The notes below the pieces were generated by a model. That model saw only the letters and a program-made list of their open reading frames with translations, was not told where the DNA came from and searched no databases. The translations under genes were made by a program, and so were the position numbers. Below are positions 51,849 through 64,000 of a stretch of 64,000 nucleotides of DNA, one piece after another; positions within the stretch are counted from its first letter, which is position 1; the number at the start of each line of letters is the position of its first letter. Origin of the DNA: Paragordius varius (lineage: Eukaryota; Animalia; Nematomorpha); NCBI GenBank assembly GCA_964247055.1, contig OZ176055.1, positions 2,976,001 to 3,040,000 of the forward strand, in the 5' to 3' direction.

Positions 51849-52860
51849 GGGTCGGGTGATAAAAAATTCGCACTTGACTCGTAAGCCAAGCGTGGCAAGT
51901 TGAGCAAGATTACTTAAGCCAGCAAGTGTACACTTTAAGATCGGTGATAAAAAAACTTAAGTCAAGTCTTTTGCTTATGAATGTAACAGTTTGCCACCCA
52001 ATTCGAATTTTATGGAAACTTTTTTGATCATTTTCAGCTAAAATTTATGAAATAAGGCACAAATAGATAAACAATAAATACAATATGCATTTATTGAAGT
52101 TTTTCAAACTCACTGGCACGTATCTTATTTAATATATAGACTGAATTGTGAGCCTGGTAATAATTTTATTGATGAAACCATCCGCCCTTAAAACACTTTC
52201 CATTATTTACCACGCTACTTTTGTTTGGAGTCCAGTTGCAAATATAATGGGAAGATGTTGATACAATATAACATAATTATTTTTAATCGATAATAAACAT
52301 TACATTCGAAATAAATTTATGATGAAATAAATTCTTTACATTGGTTAATAGTGAAGTTTTATTATAAACGAAGATTTGAAATTTTACAAGATTTATATTT
52401 AATTATTAATTTTAAGAAATTTTCAAGAATCCAATTTTTTTTTGCGGTCACGGAATTGATATATTTAGCATATTTTTTTATGCCATGTTTTACATATTAG
52501 CAGAGTTTTTCTATAAATTTATCCTCTTTTATATCCACCCAATGAATAGATTAATTAGCCAAATTTTTTAAAATTAACAACTTATAGCATTAACAAAGGT
52601 TTGAATTACATATAAAACCTAAATTTTATACATAAATAGTTTCCAAAATAATTTTATCCATATTTTTTAATCTGTCAAGTGTGCCCTACACCACTGCACT
52701 TTAAGTTTTACTTTATCATATGATTTTTTATCACCTCCTTATCAAGTTTTCTTGCTTGACTTAAGTCGTGTAATGTTAAATTTTTTTTATCACATGAAAG
52801 CAAGCCATGACTTGAAAAACTTGCAAGTCAAGTCAAAAATTTTTTTTTATCACCCGACCC
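51849..52860. mobile_element. 1012-bp MITE with GGGTCGGGTGATAAAAAA TIRs and 3-bp ATT TSD (PIF/Harbinger-related, PHIS-like)
   Basis: att|gggtcgggtgataaaaaa ... ttttttatcacccgaccc|att; subterminal ggtgataaaaaa and cttgact/agtcaag repeats; non-coding. Confidence 0.85.
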
Positions 52861-53206
52861 ATTATATGATAGGTGCAAACAGCTGGTATATATCAATAAA
52901 AGTCAAAAACTAGCTGGTAAATTGTAATTTGTAAGCTTTTTAAAGCTGATTATATTATTTAACTATAATATAAATTTATTTGCCTTATGCGATTTATTTT
53001 ATGACCTTTTGGGGTTGATTTACATAAACCATTTTATTTTTATACATTTTAATTAAACATTAGGCCAAATTTAAAAATATGCCTTGTTTACTTTTAAGCG
53101 CATGATACTAAATTTTTTAAAAATTAATTAAAAAAATCCTCCTTTCAAACTTTTGCAGCCTTTTTTTCCATATTTCTTTTTAAATCGCCAATACCACACA
53201 CTTATT

Positions 53207-55351
53207 GGGTCGGGTGATAAAAAAGTCGCACTTGACTTGTAAGCCAAGCGTGACAAGTTGAGCAAGATTACTTAAGCCAGCAAGTGTACACTTGAAGATC
53301 GGTGATAAAAAAACACTTAAGTCAAGTCTTTTGCTTATGAATGTAACAGTTTTTTGCCACCCAATTCGAATTTTATGGAAACTTTTTTGATCATTTTCAA
53401 CCAAATTTTATGAAATAAGGCACAAAAAGATAAACAATTAATACAATATGCATTTATTGAAGTTTTTCAAACTCACTGGCATGTATCTTATTTAATATAT
53501 AGAGTTTTCTTAATTGTGAGCCTGGTAATAATTTTTAGATTGATGAAACCATTCGCCCTTAAAACACTTTCCATTATTTTACCACACTACTTTTGTTTGG
53601 AGTCCAGATATAATAATGAGATGTTGATACAATATAACATAATTATTTTTAATTGATTATAAACATTACATTCGAAATAAATTTATGATGAAATAAATTC
53701 TTTACATTGGTTAATAGTGAAGTTTTGCTTATAAACGAAGATTTAAAATTCTACAAGATTAATATTTAATTACACTGGACAACAAATTTTTCTGCCACTC
53801 GAGTTTTTTGAATTTTCTGATATTTAGTATCATTTTAACAGTATTTCTGAAATAAAAATTATAACTCGTTGGAAGAATTTTGTATAATTTGATTTTTTTG
53901 ATTATGCGCCCTCTTTATCAAAATTTTACTAAAAAATATTTTTCTATGAAAATATACAAGTAATGCCCATTTGTAATATATCATTCGAAAGAGTAATAAA
54001 AACTCTATAAAATTCATACTAATATGTATTACATCGACAGTTACTATTGGACACAAAGAGCGACAAACGCGCGAAGCGAGAGCATTTTTTTTAATTATTA
54101 TATTTTTAAACCTAATGGATGAAAATAGCTCAAACTTTGTTTAGATGGTGATGAATGTCCAAAAAAGATAACACAAAAAAGTTTTTTTGATTAAAACATT
54201 TTTTTATTGCTTTTATGTCACTCAAAACAGCCATTTTACATTTTTTTTGTTTTTTAAAAATTACCATCTCATCAATATTAATTTATTTTCTTTACAAGGC
54301 TGATAATTTCGAAATTTTAAAGATAAAAACAAAGTTTAAGGTATTTTTGATCTTTTATAGCCATTATGTAATAAATTTACAGTTATAACTATGCATTTTA
54401 GTATCCACTAGGTAAAATATTTATGATAATAATAATTTTTATTAAAAAAGCAAACCAAAAGCTTTTTCAAACATTTTTTTTAAATTAAATACTAATATAA
54501 CCCTAATAATTATATTAAAATAATTTATATGATTTTCAAATTAGTTTGTCTGAGAAAATTCTTGACTTATTTGGGGATTGAAAATTTCGACCATTTAAAT
54601 CCAAATAACTTTTACATCCGATTGATTTAAATGACTACCATTTAAAAGATGCAGTTTTTTGCGCTCTTTCGAATGATATAAAATACATGGCTTCATATCT
54701 AAAACTTTTTTTTTTCGAAATTTCGAGTTTAATGTTAAATCGGGGTCAAAAATTATCGATAAACTCTAATAAAAAAAAATTCTTTCATGCTAGATCAATT
54801 TTCTTTTCTATACTAATTGTGCACTTTAATGAATTAAATTTTAAATTTACAAGAATGGCAGTTAAAAAAAGTTAAAATTTGTTGTCTAGTGTTATTAATT
54901 TTAAGAAATTTTCGAGAATCCAATTTTTTTGCGGTCACGGAATTGATATTAGCATATTTTTATATGCCATGTTATTAAATATTAGCAGAGTTTTTCTATA
55001 AATTTATCCTCTTTTATATCCACCCAATGAATAAATTAATTAGCCAAAGTTTATAAAATTAACAACTTATAGCATTAACAAAGGTTTGAATTACATATAA
55101 AACCTAAATTTTATACAAATATAGTTTCCAAAATAATTTTATCCATATTTTTAAATCTGTCAAGTGTGCCCAACACCACACTTGCAAAATCTTTAAGTTT
55201 TACTTGATCATATGATTTTTTATCACCTCCTTATCAAGTTTTCTTGCTTGACCATAGTCGTGTAATGTTAAATTTTTTTATCACATGAAAGCAAGCCATG
55301 ACTTGAAAAACTTGCAAGTCAAGTCAAAAAAAATTTTTTATCACCCGACCC
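53207..55351. mobile_element. Second near-identical copy of the ATT-flanked MITE, carrying a nested insertion
   Basis: Same TIRs and ATT flanks; colinear with 51849-52860 apart from the 53773-54891 insert. Confidence 0.88.
53773..54891. mobile_element. 1119-bp non-autonomous CACTA(En/Spm)-like element, TTA TSD
   Basis: tta|cactggacaacaaatttt ... aaaatttgttgtctagtg|tta. The paralogous MITE shows the empty site (tttaa-tta-ttaa near 52400). Confidence 0.85.
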
Positions 55352-55646
55352 ATTATGTTAAAAAATATAAATAATTAACTTTGCAAAGCTTTCGAATCGC
55401 AATTTACCAGCAAGTTTTTGATATTTATTTTATCAGCTGTTCAATTCCATTTTCATATTAATTTAAGCTAAAAGCTAAAAAAGGATATTTTTAAATTTGG
55501 CCACATAAAAACATTATATTAATTCAAATTACAAATCGCACTTGATTTCAAAACTTCCCCAAAAAAGCAGAGTTTTAGGGCTGTTTATTTTTATATGGAA
55601 TTAATCCACCGGAGAGTATAAGATTCATGAATAAATATATCGATTT

Positions 55647-56100
55647 CTTGGATACAACATATTCACTTGAGTATATCGATTTAAATTGGGGTCTGGTCCT
55701 ATGCGAGTTTTAAAACAAATTTAAAAAAAAATGAAACCAAACCATTGCAAAGGTTTGCACTTCTATAAAATTAATCCACCAAAATATAAAAAAAATAAAA
55801 TAAACATAACTTATTTTTGGTAAAAAAGTAAAAAAATACCCAATGTGACATGTGTCCAAAAATAATGCAAAGCAATCACTTCTTGGCTTATATCAGGGAT
55901 AGATATAAGTTTAATATAACTTTAATTTGAGCGTTAGTTTAAAAATCTGATATTATGCCAAAATGTTATAAAATATAAATGGCGTCGAAGTAGGTTGATA
56001 TAAAGCTATTTTAAAACTAAATTTTATTTGGATAATTTGGCTTATTTTTATATTTATTAATATAAAATCATTAATTAAATTGGAACCAACCACTAATTGG
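55647..56100 (-). mobile_element. Diverged inverted copy of the piggyBac-like MITE, just upstream of CHEK1
   Basis: cttggatacaacatattc..gatttaaattgggg matches the TIR block; tggcgtcgaagtag is the reverse complement of ctacttcgacgcca (about 37845). Confidence 0.6.
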
Positions 56101-56429
56101 CAAATGATATTTTTATTTTACCTTTACATAAAATAAGAATTTTATTTAATTGATTTACGCAAGCTTTCAGCAAAAGTAGGAAAGAAATTGAAGAAGTGGT
56201 GGGTGAATGTTCATAACACAGCAATGAAAAATTGAATTTTTATTGATAGGGTAGAATTTATAAAGACCGTTTTGCATTTCATATCAACTGCCTACATCTA
56301 ATCTAACTAATAATCATAAAATCATGGACCTTATTACAAATTGTTTTTATTTATTGCATGAATTTTTTTTAATATTTATCATATGCAATATGATAATGAG
56401 CCCGGATTTTTACCCGCTGGATTTAACAT

Positions 56430-59400
56430 ATGCCAGACACCTTTCTCGCTGGATGGGAAATTATCCAAACTTTAGGTGAAGGAACGTTTGGCGAGTAATT
56501 TACATATTATTTTTAAGAGTGAAACTTATATATAATCAAGAGAAGAATGAGGCGGCAGCTGTGAAAATCATTGATGTTACGAAAATGAAAAAATGTGGGG
56601 AAGATATTCGCAAAGAAGTTTAAAAAAACATTTAATTTTAGATTTGTATCCATCGGATGGTGAAAGAACATGAATCAATCATACAATTTTTTGGCCATAA
56701 ATTAGATGAACCAAACGGGATACATTATATATTTTTGGAATATGCAGCAGGTGGAGAACTTTTTGACCGAATTGAGCCGGATTTCGGAACAGAATTACAT
56801 TTGGCTCAAAAATATTTTAGGCAACTTATTAAGGGTGTTGATTATTTGCATTCATTGGGAATAGCTCATCGTGACTTAAAACCAGAAAACATTTTACTAG
56901 ATCATAACGGTAATTTATAGTAATAGATAAAAAATTTAACTATTTACTCAAATATAAAATGTTTTATAAAATGAGGTTATAGAGTATACGCTTATTTTTA
57001 ACCAAATACATTTACTTAAGCGAGGGTCTCTAACCTTATGGCTTCTCTGGCGGCATTTATAACACAGAAAAATCAGAGGGCTGATAGGCATTAATGAATT
57101 TATTGATTTTCATACAAAATTAGAATATAAATTCAAAAAGATATCAATTTTACTAAAATGTTTGTGTATTTTCGTATTTAACTAGTAATTTTCCAAATTT
57201 TTTGAGGGCGCCTCACAATGTCTCAGAGAAACGTGTGTTCTGCACTCTTAGGCTATAATTGCCACATTTTTCTTATGAATATTCCTATAATCTGTATAGA
57301 TCATATCAAGATTGCCGATTTTGGTTTAGCCACAATGTTTCGGTACAAAGGCGTAGAGCGTGTCCTGGATAAACGATGTGGAACGAAACCTTATGCGGCC
57401 CCCGAAATTATGGGAACAGCCGAACATTGTCAATACAAAGCACAACCGGCTGATGTTTGGTCATGTGGGATTATATTAGTTGCCCTTTTAACTGGAGGTA
57501 AATGACATTTTTGGTTTTTTGAAAAAAACGGCTGTTTTTTTTGAAAAAAATGGTTACACTTTTTTACCAAACATTTTTAGCCCTATTATGTTGTCTCCTA
57601 AACGGGTTTTAATCTTTAAAATAGTGCTAGCTACAAATAGTTTTAAGCTCACAGTTTGAAATATTTTCCCTTTTGACGTTTTTAAGCCGGCATTTATTTC
57701 GATTTGTTTGATTGTAAACGATTGGATCAAGTTTTAGTGCAGGGGTGTTCAACACGCGGCCTTCCAAACTGCATCCCGCGAAAAATTTAAATGCAAATTA
57801 TACGAAAACTGAGCAAAATTATTTTCCTAAACAAATTATATAAATTAATCTTCCCAGATTTTGGCAATTAATTTATAATTGTTAAAAGAAGTAATTTTTA
57901 CAATCTTATGTTTGAAATCTAATAAAATATTTGTCAATGCTCATATTCGATCTAAAAATGCGGCACGCGAAGCTATTTGTGTTAGACACCCCTGTTTTTC
58001 ATTATTTAATTTTGCCATTAATATGATGGGTTTTTTTCAAAAAAACGGGATGGGTATAAAATGGTTTTATAAAATTAATTTAAATTTTGTCTTTTTTGTT
58101 ATCTGGTCATCAAATAGTTTAAATTTTTACAAATTTAAAATTAACCAAATTATCAATGTTAATATATGTTCCCTTAAATAAACTTATAAATGCGATTTTG
58201 AACACTTTTCTTCAGAAAAATTAGATAAATTTTTTAAGTTAAATATGTAAAAAATACAATTTTATTATCCTATCTATTAGTTTCGAAACGGATTTGTTCT
58301 CAATTCTTGTTATTAATATTATATTAAATAACATTAATGTCACATAGTTTTTTTAGTTGGTCGAAATCTAATGAAAAGATTAATTTTATTTTATTTGTAT
58401 TACAATTAGAATTACCATGGGATGAAGCATCCATGAGTTATCATGAGTATAAAAGTTGGTTTAATGGCGATTATATGCAATCACCTTGGAATAAAATTGG
58501 AAATTTGCCCTTATGTAAGTGTAAATTTTAAAAATTTTGTTCTTTTTGAGATTTTTTTCAATTTTTTCACTTTTTGATCAATTTTCGCTTTATTCACTAT
58601 AAATAATGGCAGATTGCTGGATTTATTATATTTTTATTTTTTGTAATGAAATTAAAATTAATGTTTAAAAACTTGTAATTTATATTATTTCGGAAAACCT
58701 TTATTTTCATTCTTAATAAGTAGTGTAATTTATTTTTATATTTAAATTTCCATTATTCAAGCATTAATCAAAAGAGTTTTGAACCATGACCCACATAAAC
58801 GATACACCCTTTCTGACATACGAAAACATCGATGGTACAAAAAGAATATCCCTATATCAGGTAACTTAAATATTATTTTTTAAATTTTTTTGAATTAAAC
58901 AAGTATCAAAAATTTAGATAAGAAAATTAATCAAATTACAAATCTCAATGATATGGTGGACAGTTATGGGGAGTAAGTTGTTAATATTTTAATTTTTTAT
59001 GATTATTATTAACATTAATTCGCGATAACTAAATTATATCGTGGTAATAAAAATGACCCATTTATATTTGCCATGTTTGAGATATTTGAATATCATAAAT
59101 ATTTAGGATAAAAAATTTTCATATTATATCTTATTTTGCTAATATACATAATCATAAAATATTTCATAACTAAAATTCCTTGTTTAAACTCTAATTTTTT
59201 TAAAATCATATTTCAGGTTAAAGTGCCTCAAAATATTTTTTCTTTCAATTCTTAAACTCTAGTTTCATGAATTATTCTCAACCCGCAAACACATTTATTC
59301 CGACTGAAGTCCAAACTCTATGCGAACCCCAAACCAATAATACCACTATAAAACGCTCCTCTTGTAAACGCAAATTAGACCATGATGAGTTAATGGAAGA

Positions 59401-60821
59401 AACTAGCAATGATAATTGCAATATTAAGGGTTTTTGTAAAATAAGTTGCTCTGATGGACTAAATACTTCTATCAAAGAGGAAATGCCCCTAAAATATAAC
59501 GATTTTTATAATCAAATGAATCATAATTGGTTTTCACAACCGGACACGACTGAGCGCTTATTACTTTGTAGTCAATCCTGTTCCCTAAGTCAAAATACAG
59601 GGGCCTTGTCACAAACTCAGGTAGAAAATCGAAATTATACGGATTTAATATTCATTTTTTTATAAATGCAACCATATTTTTCGATTCCTTTTTTTTCAAT
59701 TAAGCCAAATATTTGTTAATTATTTGGATTAATTTTTTCCCATATTTAACAAACAGCGTTAATTAATATGCTTATATAATAAATCAAGAATCTAAAATTA
59801 TGATATATATAAACTCTTTATTTTGGAAACCATACTATAAAATTTTATTACTTTACAGCTAAATCCACTCCATCGATTAGTCAAACGTATGACGCGTTTC
59901 ATTTCCAAGCTTTCAATGCAGGAAAGTTTGGAAGAATTGCATAAAGTGTTTGAAGATTTGCACTACCATGTCAAAGAAAATGCCCTAGGCGAGGTTTTTA
60001 TCCAAATTATTCTTATTATAGTATAAGAAAATTATTTTTGTATTAAACCGGCCTTCAGTATGAATCAAATTAAGGTAATAAAGGGTGATAAAAAATGAAA
60101 TATTATATTTTATGTACTAAAATTTAAGTATGTATTTCAATTAAAATTTGGTATTCTGTCGGTCGAAAAACACTATCATATATATACACACACATTTACA
60201 AGGTTATTGTTTAAGTGATAATGTTGTTATGTTTCAAAACGAAATGAATGTTGTGATTGTTAAATTATTTATGAGACTCTCACATAAAAATTCGGTGTGT
60301 TCCATTTACGTATTTTTCATTATGTCAAAATAAAATATTTATACTGCTCATGCTGTGTATCAATTTATTCTAATGCTTTTTTCACTTTTATTTATCAATA
60401 TATTATAATCATTTTTGTTTGAAAATAGGATTAATGATTATCAAAATATCTTGTGTCCATTTTAGTGGCAAAAAAATCAAAATTTGCTATACATAAATGT
60501 TATTCTCTATACTACTATATATAATAATCTAAACATGATAGCTTGTAGTATCAACAATTGATAAACGAAAGAGTCCACTTGTGTTTATAGTCAAATGCCT
60601 CCTCATGAATCAATACGTCCTTGTTGATTTCCGTCTTAGTCGCGTAATTATTTTTATATTTCATTACATGAATTTTTTTCCAAAAAAATGGCAAAAAATT
60701 TTTTTTATTATTGTTTATGCCATATATTATAACATAGGGTGATGGATTGGAGTTCAAAAAACTGTACAGTAAATTAAAGAGCCGCCTTAGTCATTTAATC
60801 ATTATTTCGAATCAACCATGA
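56430..60821 (+). CDS. CHEK1: Serine/threonine checkpoint kinase Chk1, 11 exons
   Basis: Exons 56430-56494, 56518-56617, 56642-56909, 57300-57497, 58410-58514, 58762-58860, 58918-58972, 59263-59620, 59859-59993, 60542-60643 and 60738-60821, in phase. Motifs [49 protein letters not shown] sites, RLVKRMTRF and VDFRLSRGDGLEFK (KA1 domain). Confidence 0.96.
57740..57994. mobile_element. 255-bp hAT-type MITE in CHEK1 intron 4
   Basis: TIR caggggtgttcaacac / gtgttagacacccctg; TSD not preserved. Confidence 0.65.
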
Positions 60822-62019
60822 TTTTTTATTATGTATATGTTTACAGATTTTTACGCGTAACATTGATAGAAGAATTTTAATAAATTATTATTTTTTATCC
60901 TTTTATGTATTCTTTTTATCATATATTGAATTAATAATATATTTGAACTCATAAAATAGCCCAATTTTTAGTTTTTTATATCATTCAAGAGGCATCTTGA
61001 AAAACATGTTTGGATATATGAAATTTAAATCGGTGGGATATTTTAATGAATCAATCTCAGCTTAATAAGTTTTACCTGGGTATTATTTTATGATGTCATC
61101 TTGGTATAATGATAATCAGATTATAATAAAATCCCTCTTTGTGGTATATATTGGCTAAATTTTATGACTCTCAGAAAACGTTCTCTTATGAATTTGAATT
61201 TTATATTTATTATAGGTCTTTGAACATCCGAACATTTAAGAAAACAGCTTTCTTGGTCAATTTAATTAAAGGTAATAGCAATTTGCAATTGCGAAAGTAG
61301 TATAAATTTAATTTAACATTAAAGTAACACCATTACAATTCGATGTGAAATCTCTTGCTTGACTCTTTTAATTATCAAAAAGCATCTATTGATAACCGAA
61401 AATTCTTATTGAATATTAACCCAAGATACATCCCATTTTATACCTGCTTTTTTAAGTCGAGAACTTAGTCGATAGTTACTGTTTATTTGTGGTATTTTAT
61501 ATTTATTAAAGGTTAATATCCCCACTGTAATGCAAATTTTCCAAAAAAAATTGTATAAATTATTTTACAACCTAAAATATGGGAATATATAATATCTTAG
61601 CTTTTTAACTATATTATGTATCTTTTGAGAAAATTTATCATGAGTTTTAAAGTGACCTCGCCTTCTTTTCCCTTTCGCTTGCAACATATGATATTCCAAA
61701 TTTTGAGCTTTAGTAGAATGGTTTTTCCAAATAGGGAGCAATATTAGACATAGGCTTAATGGGTTCGATTTTTTTTCTAATATAAAGTTTATATTTTATA
61801 AAATGCTATAACTCAGCTGTCGGCCTTATTCAAAACTGTATGTGATCGTAAGAATATGATGGATGACCCTTATATTTTGATGAAGGGAAACTAACCATTC
61901 GATCCCGGTTTTTAGGAACCAGCCTGGTTCCACCTCCTAAAAAGGTGATTCACGTACTTTTTTTATAAAAATGGTTTATATTTTAAATCATCATTAAAAT
62001 TTTATTGAACCATATAAAA

Positions 62020-62680
62020 ATAAAAAAGGAGTTTCATGGAATTTTAATCAATATTAAAAGGGCGTTTGACAGTACAACACTGAGTACAATATGGTAGAGT
62101 TTAAGACAAAAAAAATTTACATAAAAATAACACATGTACAGCTCTCACATATTGAACCAAGCCAGGGTGTCAGATCTTATTGAAATAAGTTAGCAATCAG
62201 TCCGTTGCTTTTTATAATATTCATGGACGAAAGTAGGGAAACGTGGTGGCAGGTATTTGCTTTATGGGATGACCTAATAGCTTTCAACGAGTTGCATGAA
62301 TTGAAAGATGTATAGATGTGTTACAACGGTGCGGTTTAAAAGTAAGAAAGAAAATGGAATTAGTAAATTTTGGTGGGAAAAACGAAAAATTTAAGTAAAG
62401 GTTGGGAATCAAAAATCAGGAAAGGCAAATATTTAGGAACGATTTTAGCAGCAGATAGTTCTTTAACGCATGATATACAAATGTTAATAAATCGAAATTA
62501 TTAGGCAAATCATAAAAAATCTGAAATGTTTGCGATAAAAATATTTATCTGAAGTCAAGGGTGAGATTTACAGTTGTGCAGCCAACAGTGATGTACAATT
62601 CACAGACAAGGGCATTAAAAAAGTCAGAAAAGCAGTTTTTTTGGTCATCAAAATGGAATGACTATCAAAATTTAAAAAAT
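62020..62680 (+). pseudogene. RTE-like LINE reverse transcriptase remnant
   Basis: Broken frames give, in order, FHGILINIKRAFDS, AISPLLFIIFMD, ALWDDLI (YADD position), KYLGTIL and TVMYNSQTRALKKSE. Confidence 0.75.
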
Positions 62681-62810
62681 TAAATTAACATTTTATATCG
62701 TATCTGATTGAAATGGAATTACTATGTTAATATTTTTGTATACATTTTTCTTTTAACACTTGGAGAGAATTACAGACATAATTATTTATGTAGATTGTTT
62801 CAATCTAAAG

Positions 62811-63766
62811 CAGGGGCATCTAACAGCTGTTTCCGGTGCTACTTGTGGCTCTTTGAAAACTTTAAGTGACTATTTGAAAAAAAATTTCAATTTCGAGTGG
62901 CGATGTAAAATTTTTAAACTTTAAAATAGTAAAAATTTTAAATTGATTTGCATATTTTATAATATTTTTTATTATTTTTCATGACATTCATTAAATCATT
63001 TGTGTTCTTTACAATCTGAAAATAGTTAAAATACTTGTAATCTAGGTGAACAAGCATTTCATTGTTAGTATAAGACGTCGGATTTTATTTTAATAAAATC
63101 ATAAAAGATTTATTAGCTAATGTAATATATTCATTAATATATTTTAAAATTGCATGATAACACCCGCAGGAATTTAAGTGGGGTTAAGTTGTTTCTGTGA
63201 AAAAAATCAATTTCTCGAATAGAATTCATGATATATTCTATTTTTGGTGTTTACGATATTAATACAATTTTACAGCAAATTTAGCAATATTATAATATTT
63301 TTACTAGTTTTTTTGTTATTTATATGAAAATTAACACATCTATATACTATATAATAATTTTATTTGATACTAATGTCTTGATATATATTAATTCAAATGC
63401 GGCTCTTCGGGTTTACTTCAATAATATAGGTATTGTCCTATTAAAAATAGGACTTTGGTTTTTAGTAACATGGCTCTTTAATATTAATTACCAAAAAAAG
63501 TTTACAAGAGGCAAGTATTCTGAAGATTTTCAGGTTGTAAAGGACACCAACGATTAAATGATGTGATGAAAAATAATAAAAATATTATAAAAAAAATTTA
63601 TGCAAATGTTGAAATCTTTACTTTTTAAATTTTTTTTTAAAAAATTTACGTCGCCACTCAAAAACTAAACTTTTAGCAAAAAATTTTGTTTTCAAATTTT
63701 TTTAAAGCCACTCAAAATTTTCAAAGAGCCACAAGTGACTCAGAAACCACCTGTTAGACACCCCTG
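62811..63766. mobile_element. 956-bp non-autonomous hAT (Buster-like) element
   Basis: TIR caggggcatctaacag / ctgttagacacccctg (14/16) and a perfect 17-bp subterminal IR cttgtggctctttgaaa/tttcaaagagccacaag. Both flanks have a central TA but otherwise differ. Confidence 0.7.
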
Positions 63767-64000
63767 CCATAAACTATAGCATCCATATCCAATCACCGAT
63801 AACATAAAAAATGAGCCATATTATATATTTATGCTTAAACCGCGGTCTTCGGGTCGCATGAAGCCCTTTCGAACTGATTTTTTAAGGCCAAAGACTTTAT
63901 AAAAATATTAAAATTCAATCATGTAAGGTTACATTGCGGTACATGTTTCGGTTCACAACACAATATTATGTATGAATTTAGTGCCAATATGATGAAAAAC

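Noticed and set aside
1-64000. tRNA, rRNA, snRNA or telomeric repeats
   Set aside because: None was recognisable by eye; covariance-model searches (tRNAscan-SE, Infernal/Rfam) would be needed to exclude them.

Overview
Very AT-rich eukaryotic (metazoan) genomic DNA. Genes are divergent and spliced, with a strongly bimodal intron-size distribution: 22-29 nt micro-introns next to multi-kb introns filled with transposons. This suggests a fast-evolving, reduced animal parasite such as a myxozoan (inference only). Host genes I could reconstruct exon by exon: MRPL39 (-, 3' end not resolved), OXCT1/SCOT (+, 14 exons, start codon 47 bp from the MRPL39 start), CDC27 (-, 9 exons, about 1100 aa with a long C-terminal tail), a tyrosine-kinase-like pseudokinase (+; HRD>HRN, DFG>NFE, no Gly loop) and CHEK1 (+, 11 exons). 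Lower-confidence genes: a secreted FN3-like protein, an orphan protein and a two-TM ORF. Much of the non-coding DNA is mobile: two full-length Buster-type hAT elements with perfect 8-bp TSDs; an IS630/Tc1-like element whose transposase has DD29E spacing and appears to carry host-sized micro-introns; a family of TATACCATTT-ended elements with 21-bp tandem-repeat arms; kb-scale foldbacks; piggyBac-, PHIS-, CACTA- and hAT-type MITEs (several nested); and gypsy and RTE-LINE remnants. No rRNA, tRNA or CRISPR array was recognised. All homology calls come from motif recall, not database searches.
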